Below are positions 19,109 to 28,407 of a DNA stretch of 64,000 nucleotides, piece after piece. Origin of the DNA: an uncultured virus (IMG/VR IMGVR_UViG_3300012259_000001) (Duplodnaviria > Heunggongvirae > Uroviricota > Caudoviricetes). A program made the translations under genes and the position numbers. The stretch spans positions 62,001-126,000 of the IMG/VR virus record IMGVR_UViG_3300012259_000001; one strand, given 5' to 3'. The notes beneath the pieces were generated by a model, which worked only from the letters and a program-made list of their open reading frames with translations, did not search any database and was not told where the DNA came from. How positions within the stretch are numbered: position 1 is the first letter of the stretch; every line of letters starts with the position of its first letter.

Positions 19109-20447
19109 GTCCGTGCTGGCAGCTGCCGGCCTCGTTGTCAACAAGGAAGGTCTGATCAGCATGGACCTGGACGGTATCCACACGCCGTGTACGGTAGGTA
19201 AGGAACCTGCCAAGCGTCTGGTGATGCCGACCTCCGAAGTGTTGGCCAACCCCAACTGGAACACCACCATCGCCTTCCATCCGCTGTCGGAAAGCCTGTT
19301 GCGTGGTGAGTCCGAAGTACTGCGCAAACTCAAGGCGCTGTTGATGGTGCGGATACTCGGTGTCACAACCGAGCTGGCCACCCAGCTGATGGCGATTGCC
19401 GTCAATGTGGATGCTCAGAAGAAGCTCACGCCTGACCAGCACGAGTTCCTCTCGTTGGTCGGTCCGGTCACCGAGAATACGTTCAAGGACCTGACCAAAA
19501 CCATCGAGCAGCTGGGTATCGACAAGAACCAGCTGATCAACATGTACCTCAAGCGTGCCGGTCAATGGAAAGGTAAAGGTTACTCCCGCGTAGCCGTTAC
19601 CACCTTCCCGCTGATCGAACAACTCGGTACGCCGGGGAAGGAAGTCTTCACGGTTACACTGGGAAGTCAGAAGAACAAGAAAGCCATCAAGGCCTTGTTC
19701 GACTACATCCTGCCGCAAGCCGAGGACGTGGACAAGTACAGCTTCGGTACCAACAGCGACGTTGCACCGTACTTCCATGCGATGATGTCGTCGTTTGCTA
19801 AGGTGGCCAAACAGCTCAATAGCGTCGTGCGCAAGTTCAAGAAACATTTGGACGATGCGGACAAGCTGCTGATCAACGTGGACTTCGACAAGGAACTCAA
19901 CGACCTTGGCAAGTACCGCGATCTGATCCCGAGCCTGTCGGGTAACGAAGGCGTGGTGCTGGATAAGACCGGTGCCGAAGTCAAGCCTGCTGCATCGAAC
20001 AAGGTGGTGGTGCTCGACACCAGCGCCCCGAAACACGCCGCGCATCACGCGTTGGCCAGCATCGAGAACGCAGAAGTGTCGCTTCAGCCTCAGGCTACCA
20101 ACACCCCAGCTCCAACAACCCCCGCTGTCATGCCGTGGGAAACTCAAACCCAACAGCCGCCACAACCGCAGTACCAACCGCAAGCTCATCAGGCTACGAA
20201 GGAATCCGATACGGTCTCCTTCAGTGATCTGTTGGCTAAGCGTATGGGCGCAGCGGCTCAACCTCAACCGATGATGATGCAACCTCAGTATCAGCAGCCG
20301 GTTCAGCAGCCGATGATGACTCCGCAGCAGATGTTCGCACAACAGTACGCACAGCCGCAGCAGACCATGATGGGCTTCCCTGGTCAATACCAACAACCCA
20401 TGCAACAACCCTTTATGCAACAGCCGATGTTCCCCACCGGGATCTAA
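19089..20447 (+). CDS. conserved chimallivirus protein (gp70-like) with Q/P/M-rich tail
   Basis: 452 aa; KRLVMPT, FHPLSE; last ~110 aa low complexity. Confidence 0.65.
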   Translation: MLIPLYESVLAAAGLVVNKEGLISMDLDGIHTPCTVGKEPAKRLVMPTSEVLANPNWNTTIAFHPLSESLLRGESEVLRKLKALLMVRILGVTTELATQLMAIAVNVDAQKKLTPDQHEFLSLVGPVTENTFKDLTKTIEQLGIDKNQLINMYLKRAGQWKGKGYSRVAVTTFPLIEQLGTPGKEVFTVTLGSQKNKKAIKALFDYILPQAEDVDKYSFGTNSDVAPYFHAMMSSFAKVAKQLNSVVRKFKKHLDDADKLLINVDFDKELNDLGKYRDLIPSLSGNEGVVLDKTGAEVKPAASNKVVVLDTSAPKHAAHHALASIENAEVSLQPQATNTPAPTTPAVMPWETQTQQPPQPQYQPQAHQATKESDTVSFSDLLAKRMGAAAQPQPMMMQPQYQQPVQQPMMTPQQMFAQQYAQPQQTMMGFPGQYQQPMQQPFMQQPMFPTGI

Positions 20448-20449
20448 GG

Positions 20450-20494
20450 CGGCATAAAAAAGCAACAGGGGACTTCGGTCCCCTGTTTTTTTTT
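20450..20494. terminator. bidirectional terminator
   Basis: GGCATAAAAAAGC-AACAGGGGAC-TTCG-GTCCCCTGTT-T tract. Confidence 0.8.
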
Positions 20495-20839
20495 TCAAAG
20501 TATGCCCTTTCGTGTCTTGTACATCCGACGCACATACGTCAGGTCGTCTTCGCTTGGGATGACCAGTTCGACATGGGTGTGTACGTAGTCCCGTGGGTCT
20601 CGATAACCGTTTACCCGCAGGGTTAACCAGTGCATGCTCGTAGGAATTTTGAGGTGTGACAACAACCCGTAGAAGTCAAACTCATATTTGTAGGCGATGC
20701 CGGGCTCGATACCGATGGTGCGATTGTTAGGATTGACTTTGATGATGTTCAAGACTGACTCGACCGTATCGCGAAACGCTTGGTCGCAATAAACTTGAGC
20801 CACCGTGTTGGTCATCAACTCTTGGATAGGCATGGTCAT
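20495..20839 (-). CDS. small conserved protein, possibly LysM/baseplate-wedge-like
   Basis: 114 aa; the YKYEFDFYGLL...HWLTLRVNG..DP pattern resembles LysM-like wedge proteins. Confidence 0.5.
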   Translation of the reverse strand: MTMPIQELMTNTVAQVYCDQAFRDTVESVLNIIKVNPNNRTIGIEPGIAYKYEFDFYGLLSHLKIPTSMHWLTLRVNGYRDPRDYVHTHVELVIPSEDDLTYVRRMYKTRKGIL

Positions 20840-20857
20840 GTCTGTGTCCGTCCGCAG

Positions 20858-20894
20858 TAAAGAAAAAACAAACCTATATTATTAAGGTGAATAC
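20858..20894 (+). promoter_or_regulatory. early-type promoter
   Basis: A-tract then TATATTAT (20875-20882) and TAAGGTGAAT, upstream of the nvRNAP beta gene. Confidence 0.55.
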
Positions 20895-20950
20895 CCTTGG
20901 TGAGTGATCACCACTGCCCCTTAAACTCGTAGAAGACTAAGGAGTCTATC

Positions 20951-23215
20951 GTGTCGGATGAAGTCAAAGAGGTCTTCAAGCACACTCAGGTACCTCACTA
21001 CAATGAGGTTGACCCGATGGAAGCCGAATGCCAACTGTTCCCCGAACTGATTGGTGTCAGTAACCTGAACTCCCACCTGCGCGGCGACAGTTCCCCGCGG
21101 GTCCAGATGGCAAACTCGGCATTGGGTTCGAGCCTTGTGATTAAAGGCAGCACCCTGCGCCGTCAACAAACCGGTACCGAACGAGAGTTTGCTAAGTACA
21201 CGTTCTCCAAGCGCTTTGAGAACAATGTGGTGATTTTGGCCGTAGTGCATCGCTACGACCAAACTGCCGGTATCGACAGCATTGCTTTCTCCCCCGAAAC
21301 GGCGTACATCTACGAAGATGCGAAAACCGGTCACGTCGATGTAATGATCCTTCCGATGTATAACTGTAACCACCAGCACTTCGGATTCGAATATCAGAAG
21401 GACCAGAACGTCGTCCGTCAGATGACTGCCGAAGCCCGCATCCGAGCGGGTACCAAAGTGGCTGATTCTCCAAGCGTCACACCAGAAGGAGACTACAAAT
21501 ACGGCCTTGAGTTGAACATGTGTCTGATGTCCGTCGAAGGCGTGATTGAGGACGGTGCGATCTTTGCCGATGATGTTCTTCCGAAACTCACAGCCCAAGG
21601 GTTTGAGAAGCGGGTAGAGAGCTGTGGTCAGCACTACTACATGATCAATCTCTACGGTAATCCTGAACGTCCGGATGAATACAAGCCTGTACCGGACATT
21701 GGTGAAAAGATCCGTGATGACGGTCTTCTGTTTGCTCTGCGCAAATACGATCCGCTGCTGGCTCCGATCGAGATGTCGCCGACCGCTTTGCGGGAACCTG
21801 ACTACATCTACGACCGACTGGTCTATGCAACCCCTGGCGCTACTGTGATCGATATCATGGTTCAGCACAATCACCTGCTGCGTAATTGCAATACCCCGGC
21901 AGGTATGGATCGGCAGCTGCGCAAGTACCATACAGCCGCCACTAACTACTACCGTCGTATCTGGCAGGAGTATGAGAAAGTCTGTCGTCGTCCGGAAGGT
22001 CGTCCAACCCTTGGGTATGAGTTTAACCGGTTGTTGGTGGAAGCCCGTACCTACCTGAACGAACGTCATCGCGATAGTCGTCAAGGCAGTATGGATGTCA
22101 ATAAAACCTACCGTCGTAACGAGTTGGATGAGTGGCGGATTGAGGTGACCTACCAATACGACATGGTACCTACGATCGGCAACAAGATCACCGGGACCCA
22201 TGGCGATAAGGCGGTTATCTGCGGTATCTGGCCACGGGCTAACATGCCGGTGGATGCAGAAGGCAATTCAGCTGACTACATCATGGATGCCGACTCCAAC
22301 ATCAAACGGATGAACTTGGGTCGTTTGTACGAGCAGTACTTCAATGCTGCATCGCGCGACGTCACTAAGAAGATTCGTCAAATGTTTGGCTTCAGTCCTT
22401 GGGGTGATGACGTCCCACCGAAACCCAAACCCACCTTCAACCTACAGAACGCATTGTTCGGCAGTCGAGAAAGCAACATCGTACCGGGACAAGACATTCA
22501 GTTGGACCCGGCCATTGTGGCACAGGCGTGGCAATACCTTTTTGGTTACTACGACATCGTGTCTCCGTGGATGGCTCAGATGTTTGCTCGTGGGGAGTAC
22601 AAACAACCCATCGAGGAGCACCTGTTGTCGGTGATGCGTGATGGTATCTACCTGTGGATGCCAACACACAACCCGATCGATTATGTCGAGACGGTCCAGC
22701 AAGTCCAAGCGAAGTACCCACCTTGCTATGGTCCTGTGAGCTTCATTGCCCAAAATGGTAAGCGGGTCGTGACGGATGCCCCGATCATGATCGGTAGCGT
22801 TTACGTGATCGAGTTGGAGAAAACCGGTAGTGAGTGGTCAGGCGTTGCTTCTGCCAAGCTGCAGCACCACGGCATCCCAGCGAAGATCACCAAGATGGAT
22901 AAGTACGCCTACCCAGGTCGTGCTTCACCCATTCGACTGACCGGGGAAGGTGAAGTCCGTCTACTTGCCAGTACAGCCGGTGGCTACGTAGCAGCCGATC
23001 TGGTGGATCAGTCCAACAACCCAACGGTACACAAGGAGATCACGGCTAACATCCTGCGTGCACCACAACCGACCAACATCCCCAAGGTTATTGACCGGGA
23101 CAAATACCCACTCGGACAGGGTCGCAATATCCTGTTCGTCACCCACGTGCTGGAGTGTGCGGGCATTCGTTTCGTGTACAAACCTGAAAGGCCTCAGACG
23201 CCACCTAGCATCTGA
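20951..23215 (+). CDS. non-virion RNAP beta subunit, C-terminal part (gp71-73-like)
   Basis: DSSPRVQM, EDG, GNKITGTHGDKAVI, KRMNLGRLYEQ, RLTGEGEVR. Confidence 0.92.
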   Translation: MSDEVKEVFKHTQVPHYNEVDPMEAECQLFPELIGVSNLNSHLRGDSSPRVQMANSALGSSLVIKGSTLRRQQTGTEREFAKYTFSKRFENNVVILAVVHRYDQTAGIDSIAFSPETAYIYEDAKTGHVDVMILPMYNCNHQHFGFEYQKDQNVVRQMTAEARIRAGTKVADSPSVTPEGDYKYGLELNMCLMSVEGVIEDGAIFADDVLPKLTAQGFEKRVESCGQHYYMINLYGNPERPDEYKPVPDIGEKIRDDGLLFALRKYDPLLAPIEMSPTALREPDYIYDRLVYATPGATVIDIMVQHNHLLRNCNTPAGMDRQLRKYHTAATNYYRRIWQEYEKVCRRPEGRPTLGYEFNRLLVEARTYLNERHRDSRQGSMDVNKTYRRNELDEWRIEVTYQYDMVPTIGNKITGTHGDKAVICGIWPRANMPVDAEGNSADYIMDADSNIKRMNLGRLYEQYFNAASRDVTKKIRQMFGFSPWGDDVPPKPKPTFNLQNALFGSRESNIVPGQDIQLDPAIVAQAWQYLFGYYDIVSPWMAQMFARGEYKQPIEEHLLSVMRDGIYLWMPTHNPIDYVETVQQVQAKYPPCYGPVSFIAQNGKRVVTDAPIMIGSVYVIELEKTGSEWSGVASAKLQHHGIPAKITKMDKYAYPGRASPIRLTGEGEVRLLASTAGGYVAADLVDQSNNPTVHKEITANILRAPQPTNIPKVIDRDKYPLGQGRNILFVTHVLECAGIRFVYKPERPQTPPSI

Positions 23216-23280
23216 GGATGTTCTTATAAACTTCGCTGTGGGGGTAACCCCACAGCCGTCTAACTTCGAGGAGGTTCCTA

Positions 23281-25257
23281 GTGGAACGTATTCCCGTGCG
23301 CCAGATTCTGGCTATGTCTACTGCTCAACTGTGGGCCATGCCAGATCGTCCCTTTATTCTGGAGTTCGATGATGGGGACCTTGAAACTGATACCCGGTTG
23401 ACGCAGTACAGTTGGTACACCATGGTGTTCAACCGACTCTACCCGCAAGCCCCCGTATACAAACGCTATCACATCGGTAAAGCTCGCATCGGTATGCGCA
23501 CCACCGCCGAGCTGATTGAAACCTCCCTGTTTGAAACCAAAGACTGGTTCGATGAACGCGGCGAAGGCCATCTGTTGGATCTGGATGCTGCCCGACAAGT
23601 GGTGTACGACACCTTCCAGGACATCTACAACGATTTCACCTGGAACGTACCGCAATCGGTGAGCAGTATCTGCATCCTTGACTTCATCGACATCGTCACC
23701 CACCCCAAGATCAAGGAAATCAACGACAACACCAAACCCTCCCCGAATTCCATCGAACATACCTACAGTGCGGTGAAGAGCGTCTTGCTCGATGAGAACG
23801 AACTGGTGGGTAACCCTGTGGCCAAGGTGGCTAAGTCAGGTCTGGTGAGCATGGGTCAGATTCTCCAGTGTGTCTCGGTACGAGGCTATCTGACAGACAT
23901 CAACTCACGCATCTTCCACACCCCGGTTCTGAAAGGCTACACCCACGGGATCACCAAGCTGTACGAATCGATGATCGAGTCTCGCTCGGCATCTAAGGCC
24001 CTGTGGTTCGCCAAAGACCCGGTGGCTGATTCAGAGTACTTCAACCGTCGGATGCAGCTGGTGTGTGAGACGCTGAAGCACATCCACCCAGGCGACTGCG
24101 GTAGCCAACATTACATCGAGTGGAAGATCACCTCCTCCAACTTCGAGAACCTGTTGGGTAAGTTCTATCTGGATGATGATGGAAAACTCAAACCCATCAT
24201 CAAGCGTGATCGTAACACGTTGATCGGCCGTACTCTGAAAACCCGCAGCATCCTTAAATGTCAACACCTTGATCCATACGGTGTTTGTGCCACCTGCTTC
24301 GGCGAACTGGCCAACGCCATTCCGGCCAAGACGGTACTGGGTCACGTCAGTGCCACCACGCTCTGTGAGATTCTGTCGCAGCGCGTATTGTCGACCAAAC
24401 ACCTGGATGGCAGTACCAGCGTGGAATCGTTCAAGATCTCGGAACACGATCAATACTACATACGGGAGGGTAGTGACGAATCGAAACTGCGCCTAATGGC
24501 AGAATTGAAAATTGCCGATGAAGTGCGGTTGATTGTCCCACATCAGTATGCCCCACGCCTGACTGACCTACATCGGGTACGTCATGTCCGTGAGTTGCCG
24601 ATGGAACGTCTGGCTGAGTTGGTTGAAGTTCAGCTGGAGATTATTAATGACGGGGCGATCAATACTGTGACGGTCTCTGTCTCGATGGGTTCTCGACGTG
24701 CTTACTTCGGTGAGCTGTTCTTGAGCTTCCTCAAGGAAGTCGGTTGGACCACCACCTCCCGTGGTGATTTCCTGATCGATCTGTCGGACTGGGACTTCGA
24801 GGACGATATCTTTGAACTGCCGCAGCGTCACCTGAACACTGTGGAATACATGACCATGATTGAGAACTTCATCAAGGCCTCGCCTAGTGCGAACAAGGCT
24901 CGCGATAAGTCCTCCAAGCGCATGAACTCAGGCTCCTACAGCACCACCGAGGAAGCCCTGTTTGCGTTTGACGACCTGATCAACTCCAAGCTCAGTGTGA
25001 ACATTGCGCACCTGGAAGCGATCTTGTTGGCCACCATGGCAATTGACCCCGAGAACCATGACCACCGTATGCCGGTTGACCGGCTGAATGGTGTAGTGGG
25101 GTATTACGAGGACAACATGTGGTTCCGCAGCTTGTCGGCCACCATGGCCTATGAGAAGCAGGGGGCGGTACTCAGCGATATCCGAACCTTCATCTTGGAC
25201 AACCGTCCTGACCATCCCCTCGACTATCTGGTCGTGGGCAAATCCGGCGTACGTTAA
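23281..25257 (+). CDS. non-virion RNAP beta' C-terminal subunit (gp74-like)
   Basis: ESRSASKAL, SEYFNRR, GDCGS, RSILKC...GVCATCFG, LSTKH. Confidence 0.9.
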   Translation: MERIPVRQILAMSTAQLWAMPDRPFILEFDDGDLETDTRLTQYSWYTMVFNRLYPQAPVYKRYHIGKARIGMRTTAELIETSLFETKDWFDERGEGHLLDLDAARQVVYDTFQDIYNDFTWNVPQSVSSICILDFIDIVTHPKIKEINDNTKPSPNSIEHTYSAVKSVLLDENELVGNPVAKVAKSGLVSMGQILQCVSVRGYLTDINSRIFHTPVLKGYTHGITKLYESMIESRSASKALWFAKDPVADSEYFNRRMQLVCETLKHIHPGDCGSQHYIEWKITSSNFENLLGKFYLDDDGKLKPIIKRDRNTLIGRTLKTRSILKCQHLDPYGVCATCFGELANAIPAKTVLGHVSATTLCEILSQRVLSTKHLDGSTSVESFKISEHDQYYIREGSDESKLRLMAELKIADEVRLIVPHQYAPRLTDLHRVRHVRELPMERLAELVEVQLEIINDGAINTVTVSVSMGSRRAYFGELFLSFLKEVGWTTTSRGDFLIDLSDWDFEDDIFELPQRHLNTVEYMTMIENFIKASPSANKARDKSSKRMNSGSYSTTEEALFAFDDLINSKLSVNIAHLEAILLATMAIDPENHDHRMPVDRLNGVVGYYEDNMWFRSLSATMAYEKQGAVLSDIRTFILDNRPDHPLDYLVVGKSGVR

Positions 25258-25271
25258 CTAGGAGCAACATT

Positions 25272-27086
25272 GTGCCTACGAGACCTACCCCGGTTCCACC
25301 CAAAGTAGGCACAGAGTTGACCTTAGAGCTTGGAAGCCATTTCGTACGGGTGTCGAACTTCGGACCTCGTGTCCGTCCGGCCCTGTTCGAAATGTGCGAC
25401 CGGCTCGCGCAGTTTGGGTTCACCCGAAGTCCAAATGGGCGATTCGTACGAACCATGCTGCGCGTGTTTGTGGGTGTAACACGGGATCGAACTGTTTTTA
25501 ATTTCCACCGTAACCTGTTGCCTGAACTCTTCGTGGTTCTGGAACGCCACGGTTATGGAAAGGGTAAAATCAACGTAGTCGAATTGCCAAAGAACTATGG
25601 CGACGACATTGAACTGGAGCTGATTGATCTTCGGGAGCCGCGCGACTACCAAATCGAGTTGGTTGACTACATCACCGACGAAGGGGTGACCAAGGTTGCC
25701 ACCATTGACCCTGGTCGTGGTAAAACGTTCACCGCGTTGCTTGCAATCAGCAAGATTAAGAAAAGAACCTTTGTGTGCATCAAAGCGATGTACGTAGAGA
25801 AATGGATCAGTGACATTGAGAAAGCCTTTAAGATCAAAAAGGGCGATATCATTGTCATCAAGGGATCAGCCTCCCTTAAGGCAGTCACTCAGATGGCTGT
25901 GGACGGTACGCTGGATGCCAAGTTCGTCATCTGTTCGAACATGACGTTCTACAATTACCTGAAAGAATACGAAATCCACAAAGAAGGCATATTGGAGATG
26001 GGCTACGCCTGTCTACCCCATGAGTTCTATGACGTCTGTGGGTTTGGTATTCGCCTGATCGATGAGGTGCACCAAGACTTCCACTTGAACTATCGCCAAG
26101 ACCTGTACACCAACGTTGAGAAAACCATCTCACTGTCGGGTACCTTGGAAGGTGACGACCCGTTTGTGAATTCCCGTGTGGCGGAGATGTTCCCACCCCA
26201 TTGGCGCATCAAACCCAAAGGGCGTGTGGTTTACGCCGAAGCGGTGGGATTGGAGTATCGATTGCGTGTGGGTCATCGCTTGCGTTGGTTAAACCACAGT
26301 CGTAAGTCCTATTCGCATGTGTTGTTTGAACAGTCCATTATGAAGCAGAAGGATATCCTGAAAGCCTACATGGACATGGTAGGGATGGTCATTACCGAGA
26401 CTTACCTACAAGAGTTCAAACGTGGTCAGAAATGTTTGGTGTACGCCGCCACTGTCGAGATGTGCACTAAGCTTCATCGCCACTTCGAACAGATGTTCCC
26501 CGAACACAAGGTGGTGCTACACGTTCAAGGGACGAGCATTGAAGACACCTACAAAGGTGAAATCATTGTCTCAACCCTGAAGTCGTTAGGCACAGCACAA
26601 GACATCCCGGATCTGCTCACCGTCATCATGACCGATGCGTTGGGTTCGTCGACTGCTAACCTGCAAGCCTTCGGGCGCCTGCGGGAGTTGTTGCAGTGGG
26701 AAGGGTCGGTGCCGAAGTTCTACTACCTCGTGTGTGCGGACATCGATAAACACATCGAATACCACCATCGCAAAAAGGAGGCCTTCACCGGGCGCGTCCT
26801 TAGTCACAAATACGTACCCACCGGCGTCACCATCGCCGATTGGGGCGATCACCTCGAGTGGGAGCTTTATATACCTTCTATCGAAATGGGAGAACCGTGT
26901 AGCGAGGAGCTTCACGATTTTGAACTATGGAACCACAACCAATCCCTCAACGGGTCATGCAATACCTCGTTCCCAATCAACAAGGACAAGCCGTACGTCT
27001 TCGAATGGCCGGTGTCCTTGACGTCCCAGAACTGTTACTCAAGTACCCCCTCGCCTTCCACGATGCCCGAATCCTGTATCCGGTAA
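25272..27086 (+). CDS. SF2 (DExH) helicase (gp75-like)
   Basis: PRDYQ, PGRGKT, DEVH, SGT, QAFGRLR. Confidence 0.9.
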   Translation: MPTRPTPVPPKVGTELTLELGSHFVRVSNFGPRVRPALFEMCDRLAQFGFTRSPNGRFVRTMLRVFVGVTRDRTVFNFHRNLLPELFVVLERHGYGKGKINVVELPKNYGDDIELELIDLREPRDYQIELVDYITDEGVTKVATIDPGRGKTFTALLAISKIKKRTFVCIKAMYVEKWISDIEKAFKIKKGDIIVIKGSASLKAVTQMAVDGTLDAKFVICSNMTFYNYLKEYEIHKEGILEMGYACLPHEFYDVCGFGIRLIDEVHQDFHLNYRQDLYTNVEKTISLSGTLEGDDPFVNSRVAEMFPPHWRIKPKGRVVYAEAVGLEYRLRVGHRLRWLNHSRKSYSHVLFEQSIMKQKDILKAYMDMVGMVITETYLQEFKRGQKCLVYAATVEMCTKLHRHFEQMFPEHKVVLHVQGTSIEDTYKGEIIVSTLKSLGTAQDIPDLLTVIMTDALGSSTANLQAFGRLRELLQWEGSVPKFYYLVCADIDKHIEYHHRKKEAFTGRVLSHKYVPTGVTIADWGDHLEWELYIPSIEMGEPCSEELHDFELWNHNQSLNGSCNTSFPINKDKPYVFEWPVSLTSQNCYSSTPSPSTMPESCIR

Positions 27087-27469
27087 TCGAGGAGTGTGAC
27101 ATGGAGTGGCTCTGCGGGGCTATGGGGTTGGCTGTGGAATTGATGGGGTCTTTGGATGCCAAGATGTTTTTGGAAGAACATCCCGAGATCTTCCTCTTTT
27201 CCTCCCTGTGTTGCTGGGCGTATTGTAAGCAATTGCAAAAGTCCAAGCAGGTCGATCCCTACTACGAGCAGCGACAGTACAGCACGATGATCAACACATT
27301 AGCTTCGGTGGGTTACCCGCAAGCGGTGTGTGAAGACTTGATTGCTCGAACGAACCTACTTCCCCATGCCAAAGCTGTTCTGACCCAACAGTATCGAAAC
27401 AGTTTGGTAGAAGAAACTCTGGTGGTGTATCCGTTTAACGCCGAAGCTCAACAAGCGACGGTTCACTGA
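26927..27469 (+). CDS. hypothetical protein
   Basis: 180-aa ORF ending at a terminator; start uncertain (160-nt overlap with the helicase). Confidence 0.55.
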   Translation: MEPQPIPQRVMQYLVPNQQGQAVRLRMAGVLDVPELLLKYPLAFHDARILYPVIEECDMEWLCGAMGLAVELMGSLDAKMFLEEHPEIFLFSSLCCWAYCKQLQKSKQVDPYYEQRQYSTMINTLASVGYPQAVCEDLIARTNLLPHAKAVLTQQYRNSLVEETLVVYPFNAEAQQATVH

Positions 27470-27523
27470 CGGCATAAAGGCTCTAGGACTCCTACGGGAG
27501 TCCTAGAGTACCTTTTTTTTTTT
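27470..27523. terminator. bidirectional terminator
   Basis: GGCATAAAGG-CTCTAGGACTCC-TACG-GGAGTCCTAGAG then a T11 tract. Confidence 0.8.
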
Positions 27524-27528
27524 GCCGC

Positions 27529-28392
27529 TTAAATCGAGTAGAACTCGATCACGCGCTGTTGAGCACCAGCATCCAGACCTTCGACGGTGCGAGTCAGGTC
27601 AACCTGCTTCAGCGCCAGCGCACGGGTTTCACGTACGGCGGTGCCGATAAACAGGTTGAGCAGTCGCTCGAAGTTCTTGCGCTCGTTGGCCGGCAGACGC
27701 ACGATGTCCATGCTGCGGAACGCACGAATCTCAGCGAACAGGGTCTGACGATGCGCGGCGATGAAGTCCAGCAGCAGGTTCAGGTTCTGCGTGAAGTCGC
27801 CACCGGTGCTGCGCAGCACGATCTGAATGGTGCGGTAGAGCATCAGCTGTTTGGTGGCTGCGGTTTCGGCCGAAGTCGGAACGTTCGGAGCCATGGTTTT
27901 GGCGTAGTCCGCCAGGTTGTTTTCGATGATTTCGCGAGACATGTTGGCCTGATTGAAAGTGACAGGGGTGGGTTTGACCAGAACGTTTTCTTCTGGCATT
28001 TCGGGTTCACCGCTTTCTTCATCGGCGGCGGGCGCTTCAGGTGCTGCAGTCGCCGGAGCAACAGGAGTTGGAGCAGCTTCAACCACAGGAGTTGTGGTCT
28101 CTGAAGTTTCGGTGGTGTCACCGGCTTCGTCGCTACCTTCACCACCTTCGTTGAGCTGCGGTTCCAGGGACGGCTCTTCGTCAGTCGTTTCGTCACCCTC
28201 GACCACGAACTTGGCAATCACGAAAGCCTTAACGCTGTCGATGTCATCGGTGTTTTCGAAACCAAAGCGCGCGATGCACTCGCGGGAGACGGTGCGATTG
28301 CTGGCTTGGCCGCTCGGACTGGCTTCGCCACGGGCCCACGCCAACAGTTCTTCGTCGGTCCATTGTGCAGCCGGTTTGTTGATACTGGTCAT
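27529..28392 (-). CDS. conserved phiKZ-like protein with acidic/Pro-Ala linker
   Basis: 287 aa, GGAG SD, strongly biased codons. Confidence 0.75.
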   Translation of the reverse strand: MTSINKPAAQWTDEELLAWARGEASPSGQASNRTVSRECIARFGFENTDDIDSVKAFVIAKFVVEGDETTDEEPSLEPQLNEGGEGSDEAGDTTETSETTTPVVEAAPTPVAPATAAPEAPAADEESGEPEMPEENVLVKPTPVTFNQANMSREIIENNLADYAKTMAPNVPTSAETAATKQLMLYRTIQIVLRSTGGDFTQNLNLLLDFIAAHRQTLFAEIRAFRSMDIVRLPANERKNFERLLNLFIGTAVRETRALALKQVDLTRTVEGLDAGAQQRVIEFYSI

Positions 28393-28407
28393 CGAGGAAT
28401 CTCCAGA

